Shown here: positions 17,039-26,334 of the stretch, piece by piece
Numbering within the stretch: the stretch's first letter is position 1
How the letters are laid out: the number at the start of each line of letters is the position of its first letter
Source: Erysipelotrichaceae bacterium MTC7
GTDB taxonomy: Bacteria > Bacillota_I > Bacilli_A > Erysipelotrichales > Erysipelotrichaceae
DNA length: 26,334 nucleotides
NCBI GenBank assembly: GCA_001695645.1
Contig: LVZN01000024.1
Location: 1-26,334, forward strand
Reading direction: 5' to 3'
Program-made: the position numbers and the translations under genes
The notes under the pieces: generated by a model
Seen by the model: the letters and a program-made list of their open reading frames with translations, nothing else
Databases searched by the model: none
Told to the model about the DNA's origin: nothing

Positions 17039-18271
17039 ATGAATAAATTAATCTATTGGTTGGAGAACAGTTTTTCTCCAAAAATGAACAAAATTAATCG
17101 TAATGTTTGGGTAGTTACATTAAAAGACTCAATCATGCAAGTCTTGCCATTTATCTTCGTAGGGTCAATCTTTACGATGTTGGCAATCGTAAATGAATTC
17201 GTTCCTGGACTTCCAAGTTTCTGGACTCCATATGGATGGACAATGGGAATTATTTCATTACTTGTTGCTTTCTTAATTCCATTCAACTTAATGGAAAAGA
17301 AAAGAATGCGTAAACAACGTTTAATTGCTGGAATGTCAGGACTTGTATCATTCTTAATTATTATTTCACCACAGGTGATTGCCGATGGTGTTCCAGGATT
17401 CGGACACAGTGCACTTGGTGCTGGAGGAATGTTCGTGTCAATTGTAGCAGGTGTTTTTGCAGGATTTGTTTGTGGATTATTTGGAAAATTCTCATTCTTT
17501 AAAGAAGATTCAACAATGCCAGATTTTGTTAGATCATGGTTTGACCAAATGTTACCTGTAACAATCATTATTACTTCATTATGGCTACTTGTTGATGTTG
17601 TAGGATTTGACTTATACAACTTTATTATTAATCTATTTGCACCATTAGGTGGAATTGTAGAAACACCTTATGGATTTGTAATTATGATGTTCTTAGTCTG
17701 TTTCTTGTATTCTATGGGGATTTCTAGTTGGGTATTTACGCCAATATTTACACCTATTTTATTGCAAGCAATTCAAGCAAACGTTGATGGAACGGCATTA
17801 AACTTAGTTACGGAAACATCAATTTACTCAACTTATTTATGGGTCGGTGGTATTGGATGTACATTACCATTAAACATTATGTTACTATTATCAAAATCGA
17901 AAAAACTTGGAGCATTAGGAAAAGCATGTATCGGACCTTCAATTTTCAATATTAACGAACCAATTGTATTTGGTGCGATTGCATGGAACCCGATTATGAT
18001 GATTCCAATGTGGCTACAAGGAATTGTATTACCATTAATTGTGTGGATATTTACTAAAGTTATTGCGTTTGCACCAATTCCAAAAGTATTATTCTCATTA
18101 TGGTACTGTCCATTCCCATTTGCTACATGGTTAACAACAGGATCAGTAACTGCAGTTATCTTAATGTTAGTAGTAGTTGCTGTATCAACAGCAATCTGGT
18201 ATCCATTCTTCAAAGCATATGAAAAACAAGAAATGGATATTGAAGCAAAAGAAAATAGCGAAAAAGCGTAA
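17039..18271 (+). CDS. PTS EIIC permease, lactose/cellobiose family
   Basis: 410 aa, polytopic membrane protein with RBS AGAGGGA. The N-terminus (...LENSFSPKMNKINRNVWVVTLKDSIMQVLPFIFVGSIF) is typical of CelB/LicC-type EIIC. Confidence 0.85.
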   Translation: MNKLIYWLENSFSPKMNKINRNVWVVTLKDSIMQVLPFIFVGSIFTMLAIVNEFVPGLPSFWTPYGWTMGIISLLVAFLIPFNLMEKKRMRKQRLIAGMSGLVSFLIIISPQVIADGVPGFGHSALGAGGMFVSIVAGVFAGFVCGLFGKFSFFKEDSTMPDFVRSWFDQMLPVTIIITSLWLLVDVVGFDLYNFIINLFAPLGGIVETPYGFVIMMFLVCFLYSMGISSWVFTPIFTPILLQAIQANVDGTALNLVTETSIYSTYLWVGGIGCTLPLNIMLLLSKSKKLGALGKACIGPSIFNINEPIVFGAIAWNPIMMIPMWLQGIVLPLIVWIFTKVIAFAPIPKVLFSLWYCPFPFATWLTTGSVTAVILMLVVVAVSTAIWYPFFKAYEKQEMDIEAKENSEKA

Positions 18272-18282
18272 AGGAGAGAGGT

Positions 18283-21541
<3,259 letters not shown>

Positions 21542-21549
21542 TAGTATAA

Positions 21550-21590
21550 AAACAACGTCAATGCTGTAAATTTGACGTTGTTTATTTTAT
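21550..21590 (+). terminator. Rho-independent terminator of the PTS/GH1 operon
   Basis: Perfect 12-bp stem AAACAACGTCAA (21550-21561) / TTGACGTTGTTT (21572-21583), 10-nt loop, followed by TATTTTAT. Confidence 0.85.
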
Positions 21591-21634
21591 ACTTTTATAT
21601 AAGTGTATATGAAGGAAAAAAGAGGTGAATGAAA

Positions 21635-22078
21635 ATGAAAGTAATGGATTTTATCAAAAGTGTAGAGGATGATTTTGAGAAATATAAGTATATAGCGAAT
21701 AGTTACAATGGAGAAGTTGATGAAAAGACTGAACTTGCAGAAGAATTATTTAAAATAGAGGAAGGTAAAGAAGATTTAGAGATAAAGATGCAACAAACCA
21801 ATAAGGTAAGAAGAGATTGGCTTGTTATGGCAGATATTTTTAATCAAGGATTTTACAATCAAAGATTTCATCTTTATATATATCTTCAATTCAATCTGAA
21901 AAACAAAAAAATTAAAGGAACAGACATAATTAAAGTTGGACGTATAAGAAACCATGCACTAAAACTATATATACGTGAAGTGATAAACGGAGAAGACCAT
22001 GAGTTAGTGAAAACTGATTATTTACAAATCGTTGAACATTATAAAAACAATAAGATAAATACAGCTGTTAAACTATAG
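21635..22078 (+). CDS. Hypothetical protein (147 aa), no family recognised
   Basis: Open frame with RBS AGAGGTG (21621-27) 7 nt before the ATG at 21635; the ATG at 21629 is too close to the RBS. The N-terminal half is acidic and helical-looking (EVDEKTELAEELFKIEEGKEDLEIK). The C-terminal half is basic and beta-like (FHLYIYLQFNLKNKKIKGTDIIKVGRIRNHALKLYIRE). Confidence 0.6.
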   Translation: MKVMDFIKSVEDDFEKYKYIANSYNGEVDEKTELAEELFKIEEGKEDLEIKMQQTNKVRRDWLVMADIFNQGFYNQRFHLYIYLQFNLKNKKIKGTDIIKVGRIRNHALKLYIREVINGEDHELVKTDYLQIVEHYKNNKINTAVKL

Positions 22079-22114
22079 GATAAATTCAATGCACATGTGA
22101 ACAAACTCACAAAA

Positions 22115-22143
22115 TTGACAATACAAATAGAGGATAGTACGAT
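22115..22143 (+). promoter_or_regulatory. Candidate sigma-A promoter upstream of a short terminated leader
   Basis: Perfect -35 TTGACA (22115-22120), 17-nt spacer, -10 TACGAT (22138-22143, 4 of 6 matches). Confidence 0.4.
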
Positions 22144-22186
22144 ATTACAGATGGAATGAGGATATTTATTCTTCACATAAAAATAG

Positions 22187-22212
22187 AAGGCGAGTTGTTC
22201 GCCTTTTAGTTT
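22187..22212 (+). terminator. Rho-independent terminator/attenuator hairpin immediately upstream of the HEPN-like gene
   Basis: AAGGCGA (22187-22193), loop GTTG, TCGCCTT (22198-22204), then TTAGTTT. It ends 9 nt before the AGGAGG RBS of the next gene. Confidence 0.6.
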
Positions 22213-22233
22213 ATCAAAAGCTAGGAGGTAGTA

Positions 22234-22770
22234 ATGGATCCAGTACTTGGCTACTTGTTGATTCAAGAGTGGAAAAAAGATGAGAAGATGAAACGCAAGC
22301 AAGAGTTGTTGAAACTTGCTAAAGATAGTTTTGTTGCGAAAGATGTATCACGTAAAATCGGTGGTGTACTCATTTATAACCAAGTAGTGGAAGAATTGCT
22401 TAAAGAAGTCATTCTATGTAGTGCCTCATGCATTAAAGTGCAAATCCATCCCAATGTGTTTACACCTGATATTAACTTTGAGAAGTCCACCTTTGGGTAT
22501 TTGATTAAATTGTTTAAGCAGTATGCGATTTATAAAAATGGAAGAGATGATTTATTGACACATTTAAAGATATTGAATGAAGAGCGTAATGTGATTGTTC
22601 ATGAATTGTTCGAATTAAACTTTGAAGAATTGGAAGTTAAATTGGATCATTACTCACAGGTTGTAGTTGATGTTATAACCAAACTGATGAGTTACTATCA
22701 AGAAATTTGTGAAGAATTAAATGTCATTAGTGAACGGTTTGATTTTGAAGTCGTAAACGAAAGTTACTAG
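22234..22770 (+). CDS. Hypothetical all-alpha protein (178 aa) with a HEPN-like Rx4H motif (possible RNase toxin/abortive-infection effector)
   Basis: Strong RBS AGGAGG 5 nt before the ATG. The context STFGYLIKLFKQYAIYKNGRDDLLTHLKILNEERNVIVHELFELNF holds R118-N-V-I-V-H123 (22585-22602), which matches the RNxxxH core shared by many HEPN families. Family assignment is inference. Confidence 0.7.
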   Translation: MDPVLGYLLIQEWKKDEKMKRKQELLKLAKDSFVAKDVSRKIGGVLIYNQVVEELLKEVILCSASCIKVQIHPNVFTPDINFEKSTFGYLIKLFKQYAIYKNGRDDLLTHLKILNEERNVIVHELFELNFEELEVKLDHYSQVVVDVITKLMSYYQEICEELNVISERFDFEVVNESY

Positions 22771-22832
22771 ACAATTAAAAGAGCCTTTATTTATCACTAT
22801 TTTACTTATTTGAGGTATATAGAATTTCATCC

Positions 22833-22863
22833 ACTTGTGATGTAAATTAATTATTTCACAAGT
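22833..22863. promoter_or_regulatory. Perfect 8-bp inverted repeat ACTTGTGA-N15-TCACAAGT carrying Rex-box-like half sites and overlapping the rex -35
   Basis: Arms at 22833-22840 and 22856-22863. The half sites TTGTGA / TCACAA equal the outer halves of the Firmicute Rex operator TTGTGAA-N4-TTCACAA, but they lie about 10 bp further apart. Confidence 0.5.
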
Positions 22864-22882
22864 TGGTGTTATGTGTTACAAT
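22855..22882 (+). promoter_or_regulatory. Candidate rex-asnS promoter with extended -10
   Basis: -35 TTCACA (22855-22860), 16-nt spacer, extended -10 TGtTACAAT (22874-22882); 17 nt upstream of the rex ATG. Confidence 0.5.
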
Positions 22883-22899
22883 ACCACTAGGTGATAAAC

Positions 22900-23532
22900 A
22901 TGGAAAATAGAAAAGTACCTAAGGCAACCTTGCAGCGATATCCAGTATATTTAAAGGCCCTTAGAAGATTAAAAAAATATGGAAATGAAAGAATCATGTC
23001 CAAAGATTTAAGTTCATTAACAGGGATTGAATCAACGACAATTCGTCGTGATTTCTCATTGTTGGGGAATTTAGGTAAACAAGGATATGGATATGATATT
23101 GATACCTTAATTGATATTTTTAATGAGCAATTGGGTGTCGATTTTGATGAAAAGATTATTCTAGTAGGTGCGGGAAACTTAGGACGTGCCCTATTAAAAT
23201 ATAACAATTGGGATCATGTGGTTGGAGAGATTGCTGTAGCATTTGATAATAACCCTGATCGACAAGGAACACGTTTTGGTGTACCTGTCTATCCCATGGA
23301 TGAATTAGAAAACCAAATGCCTGAAGGCTGTCGTATTGCGATACTTGCCATTAGTGATAATGTGCAACAAACCGTAGACCGCTTGATTGATTGTGGTATT
23401 CGTGGAATCGTTGATTTCACACATAAGTATATTCAAGTTCCTGATTATGTATCAGTTAAAGTAGTAGATGTTGTAAGTAGTATTCAAGAACTTGTATTTG
23501 AAACAAACGCGAAAGACAAAAAAGGAGAGTAA
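22900..23532 (+). CDS. rex: Redox-sensing transcriptional repressor Rex
   Basis: I prefer the ATG at 22900 (RBS AGGTGA 5 nt upstream) to the GTG at 22891. Motifs: [16 protein letters not shown], winged-helix SKDLS...[10 protein letters not shown], and the Rossmann loop [13 protein letters not shown]. Confidence 0.9.
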   Translation: MENRKVPKATLQRYPVYLKALRRLKKYGNERIMSKDLSSLTGIESTTIRRDFSLLGNLGKQGYGYDIDTLIDIFNEQLGVDFDEKIILVGAGNLGRALLKYNNWDHVVGEIAVAFDNNPDRQGTRFGVPVYPMDELENQMPEGCRIAILAISDNVQQTVDRLIDCGIRGIVDFTHKYIQVPDYVSVKVVDVVSSIQELVFETNAKDKKGE

Positions 23533-23534
23533 CA

Positions 23535-24917
23535 ATGTTTGAATTTATTACCATTCGAGAACTCTATGAAATGATGCTTACCGGCTCAAACATGGAAATC
23601 GATTCATTAGAATACGTAGAATTAGAAGGATGGATCCGTACCAACCGTGACAATGGGAAAGTTGGATTTATTGAAATGAATGATGGTAGTTACTTCCGTA
23701 ATTGTCAACTTGTATATAAAGGTGACATCAAAGGATATGATGCCATTACGAAATATGGAACAGGTAGTGCAATCCGTGTGATGGGTAAATTAAAAGCAAC
23801 ACCTGAAGGTAAACAACCATTTGAAGTTGAAGTAAAAGAAATGGAATTGCTTGGTGCATGTGATCCAAGTTATCCATTGCAAAAGAAACGCCATTCGTTT
23901 GAATATATGCGTGAAATTGCACACCTTCGTCCAAGAGCAAATACGTTCTATGCAATCTTTAGATTACGTAGTGTCTTAAGTATGGCGATTCACGAATTCT
24001 TCCAAAACCAAGGATTTGTGTATGTACACACACCAATCATCACTGGTAATGATGGTGAAGGTGCAGGAGAGATGTTTACGGTAACAACTCGCGACGATGC
24101 AAAATATGAAGAAGACTTCTTTGGAAAAGAAGCATTCTTAACGGTAACTGGACAATTGCATGTAGAAGCCTTTGCGATGGCTTTTAGAGATGTGTATACA
24201 TTTGGACCTGCATTCCGTGCAGAAAACTCAAATACTTCAAGACATGCAAGTGAATTCTGGATGATTGAACCAGAAATCGCATTTGCGGATTTAGATGATG
24301 ATATGGATTTAATTGAAGATATGATTAAATTCTGTATTGATTACGTGCTAGAAAATGCACCAGAAGAAATGAACTTCTTTAACACGATGATTGATAAAGA
24401 TGCAATTAACCGTATTACAAAAGTACGTGATTCACAGTTCAAACGTATGACGTATACGGAAGCTGTTGAAATTCTACAAAATGCTGATGTTAAATTTGAA
24501 AACAAAGTATTCTGGGGAATGGACTTAAACAGTGAACATGAACGTTATATCTCAGAACAAGTTGTTGATGGTCCAGTATTTTTGACAGATTATCCAAAAG
24601 ATATCAAAGCATTCTACATGCGTTTAAACGACGACAACAAGACAGTTGCAGCTTGTGACTTGCTTGTTCCTGGCGTTGGCGAACTTGTTGGAGGATCACA
24701 ACGTGAAGAACGTTATGACGTCCTAGAAGCGCGTATGAAAGAGATGGGCATGGAAAGTGAACATCTACAATGGTATATGGATTTACGTCGCTATGGTGGT
24801 TGTAAACACGCAGGATTCGGTCTTGGGTTTGACCGTATGTTGATGTACTTAACAGGTATGCAAAACATCCGTGATGTTGAACCATTCCCACGTACACCTA
24901 AAAACTTAAAGTTCTAA
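23535..24917 (+). CDS. asnS: Asparagine--tRNA ligase
   Basis: 460 aa, starting 2 nt after the rex stop. N-terminal OB fold ([23 protein letters not shown]), class II motif 2 [21 protein letters not shown], motif 3 [15 protein letters not shown]. Confidence 0.9.
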   Translation: MFEFITIRELYEMMLTGSNMEIDSLEYVELEGWIRTNRDNGKVGFIEMNDGSYFRNCQLVYKGDIKGYDAITKYGTGSAIRVMGKLKATPEGKQPFEVEVKEMELLGACDPSYPLQKKRHSFEYMREIAHLRPRANTFYAIFRLRSVLSMAIHEFFQNQGFVYVHTPIITGNDGEGAGEMFTVTTRDDAKYEEDFFGKEAFLTVTGQLHVEAFAMAFRDVYTFGPAFRAENSNTSRHASEFWMIEPEIAFADLDDDMDLIEDMIKFCIDYVLENAPEEMNFFNTMIDKDAINRITKVRDSQFKRMTYTEAVEILQNADVKFENKVFWGMDLNSEHERYISEQVVDGPVFLTDYPKDIKAFYMRLNDDNKTVAACDLLVPGVGELVGGSQREERYDVLEARMKEMGMESEHLQWYMDLRRYGGCKHAGFGLGFDRMLMYLTGMQNIRDVEPFPRTPKNLKF

Positions 24918-24923
24918 TACATT

Positions 24924-24956
24924 AGCTTCAGTGAAATATCACTGAGGCTTTTTTGT
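24924..24956 (+). terminator. Rho-independent terminator after asnS
   Basis: AGCTTCAGTGA (24924-24934), loop AATA, TCACTGAGGCT (24939-24949, one T-G wobble), then T6. Confidence 0.85.
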
Positions 24957-25262
24957 TGTATTATGTCATTTATATGTGGAATATTTTAATTGACACAAAT
25001 TTCATTATTATACATCGTTATGAAGTTTTTCTTACATATCCTTATCGCTATAATAAAAGTGAAAAGAGGTATAGAAATGAAGAAATTTTTATGTATAAGC
25101 CGAGAACACTTTCGACTTTAGTCGTGTAGATGAATCGGCTTCGTTCATGTATAATTTGCTGTATTGATTAATTGACATATGTTAATTATATATATTAAAA
25201 AAAGCACTGAAACAATCGAAAGTATCAAATACGCATGTTATAATTATTAAGAGGTATTTAGC

Positions 25263-25664
25263 ATGTCAGAAATCCATTTTGGACGTGGCTATGTCTACTC
25301 TATTCAGTATCATCTTGTCTGGTGTGTAAAATACCGACATGATGTTTTGTATGGTGATGTAGACATGGATGTCAAAGCGTTATGAAAACAAATCGCAGAT
25401 GATAATCATATAAACATCATAGAAATGGAATCACACAAAGATCATATCCATTTACTTATTGAATGTCATCCACAACACTACATTCCTAGTATTGTTAAGG
25501 CATTCAAAGGTGTATCTGCTAGACTTTTGTTTAAAAAACATCCAGAACTTAAACAACAACTGTGGGGTGGTCATCTTTGGAATCCAAGTTATTTTGTAGC
25601 CACTGGTAGCAACAACACAGAAAAGCAAATTCGCGCATATATACAAAGCCAAAAAAAGAAATGA
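25263..25664 (+). pseudogene. tnpA: IS200/IS605 Y1 (HUH) transposase TnpA with an in-frame TGA at codon 41
   Basis: RBS AAGAGGT. MSEIHFGRGYVYSIQYHLVWCVKYRHDVLYGDVDMDVKAL-TGA(25383-25385)-KQIADDNHINIIEMESHKDHIHLLIECHP...SYFVATGSNNTEKQIRAYIQSQKKK. The HUH motif (HIH) and the C-terminal Tyr (AYIQSQ) are intact, and both halves share one frame. Confidence 0.8.
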
Positions 25665-25675
25665 GGTGAATGCGA

Positions 25676-26334
25676 GTGCTACGGCATAAAGCCTATAAAT
25701 TTAGAATCTATCCGAATCATAAACAAGAGATATTAATTGCCAAAACGATTGGTTGTTCAAGATTTGTCTATAATTACTTTTTGGATTTGTGCAACAACGA
25801 ATATGAAACAACTGGGAAAGGGTTATCTTATCATACTTGTTCTGCATTGCTTCCACAAATGAAAAGAGATTCAGCGACACTTTGGCTTAAAGAAGTTGAC
25901 AGCATTGCACTTCAATCTTCTCTGAAACATCTTTTTGATGCGTTTTCTCGATTCTTTAAGAAACAAAATGAACGGCCACAATTTAAAAGTAAAATAAATC
26001 CCGTGCAAAGCTATACAACTAAAAATGTAAACAACAGTATCGAAATTAGAAATAACTTTGTGAAACTACCGAAGTTAGGGTTGGTTAAGTTTGCAAGTAG
26101 TCGAAAACTCAAAGGTCGAATCATACACGCTACGATTCGCATGACTTCCAGTGGTAAATTCTTTGTTTCTATTCTTTGTGAAGAAGAAATTACAAGTTAT
26201 CCGAAAAGCGATTCTGTAGTTGGTATTGATTTGGGTGTTACTGACTTTGCCATTCTCTCTAACGGTCAAAAGATTGATAATCATAAATTCACATCCAAAA
26301 TGCAAGAGAAACTCAAACGTGAACAACGCAAGTT
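25676..26334 (+). CDS. tnpB: TnpB (IS605 OrfB-family, RNA-guided endonuclease class), N-terminal ~219 codons; continues past the window end
   Basis: My own translation, since the open-ended ORF is absent from the track. GTG at 25676 with RBS GAGGTGA 7 nt upstream, or ATG at 25670. VLRHKAYKFRIYPNHKQEILIAKTIGCSRFVYNYFL...LPQMKRD..WLKEVDSIALQSSLKHLFDAFSRFFKK...PQFKSK...VKLPKLGLVKF...VVGIDLGVTDFAILSNG; GIDLG carries the first RuvC Asp. No stop codon before 26334. Confidence 0.85.
   Translation, partial: MLRHKAYKFRIYPNHKQEILIAKTIGCSRFVYNYFLDLCNNEYETTGKGLSYHTCSALLPQMKRDSATLWLKEVDSIALQSSLKHLFDAFSRFFKKQNERPQFKSKINPVQSYTTKNVNNSIEIRNNFVKLPKLGLVKFASSRKLKGRIIHATIRMTSSGKFFVSILCEEEITSYPKSDSVVGIDLGVTDFAILSNGQKIDNHKFTSKMQEKLKREQRK

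Larger units (their letters stand above)
25097..26334 (+). mobile_element. IS200/IS605-family insertion sequence, left part (tnpA + tnpB arrangement); the right end lies beyond the window and the exact left end is not determined
   Basis: A Y1 HUH transposase gene is followed 11 nt later by a TnpB/OrfB gene. Nested imperfect palindromes lie ~120-165 nt upstream of tnpA: AAGCCGA 25097-25103 / TCGGCTT 25135-25141, and CGACT 25113-25117 / AGTCG 25120-25124. Subterminal hairpins like these are expected at an IS200/IS605 left end. Confidence 0.75.

Noticed and set aside
22079-22233. Type III toxin-antitoxin antitoxin-RNA array upstream of the HEPN-like gene
   Set aside because: The promoter-RNA-terminator-toxin order fits, but I find no tandem direct repeats in the leader, and these define ToxI-type antitoxins. 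I kept it only as an attenuator or small-RNA hypothesis.
22039-22302. 87-aa minus-strand ORF spanning the orphan-cassette intergenic region
   Set aside because: It overlaps the 3' end of one plus-strand gene, the promoter/terminator leader and the 5' end of the next. It has no RBS and a low-complexity hydrophobic sequence.
25383-25385. Reading the in-frame TGA in tnpA as Trp (Mollicutes-type genetic code 4)
   Set aside because: tsaB terminates on TGA (13121-13123) at the expected protein end, in an ATGA overlap with rimI. None of the conserved genes in the window needs TGA read as a sense codon. Code 11 with a nonsense mutation is the simpler reading.
25452-26326. Minus-strand ORFs 25452..25652 and 26075..26326
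   Set aside because: They are antisense shadows of tnpA and tnpB, with no RBS and no recognisable motifs.

Overview
26.3-kb chromosomal segment of a low-GC Gram-positive bacterium (Bacillota; an Erysipelotrichia/Bacilli-like origin is inference only). I saw no rRNA, tRNA or CRISPR array. Gene order: a decayed AraC/GyrI-like regulator pseudogene (-); an Fe-alcohol dehydrogenase; a 956-aa secreted, C-terminally anchored surface protein made of two ~400-aa internal repeats; an MnmM(YtqB)-type methyltransferase with an unexplained ~110-aa tail; a MATE exporter; a YutG/PgpA-like protein; a thioredoxin-fold-like lipoprotein; an AAC(3)-family acetyltransferase; GAF/fRMsr (-); a DUF402 phosphatase; a FemAB-family transferase; tsaE-tsaB-rimI-tsaD; a divergent PRD-type activator (-) with EIIB-EIIC-EIIA (lactose/cellobiose class) and two tandem GH1 phospho-beta-glucosidase paralogs; a two-gene orphan cassette; rex-asnS; and the left part of an IS200/IS605 element (tnpA with a nonsense codon, tnpB running off the window). 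Main finding: both GH1 enzymes encode Gln (CAA) where GH1 enzymes have the catalytic acid/base Glu (N-E-I/P becomes N-Q-I). The nucleophile (ENG) and the 6-phosphate-binding KxY segment are intact. This is the myrosinase (thioglucosidase) signature placed in a PTS/phospho-glycosidase context, so the locus may be an uncharacterised PTS-dependent pathway for glucosides with self-leaving aglycones such as S-glucosides. Second candidate: the orphan cassette at 21.6-22.8 kb. Its second gene has a HEPN-like RNxxxH motif and is preceded by a promoter, short leader and terminator, which suggests a toxin/defence module. All functional calls come from reading the translated ORFs and recognising motifs; no database search was possible.
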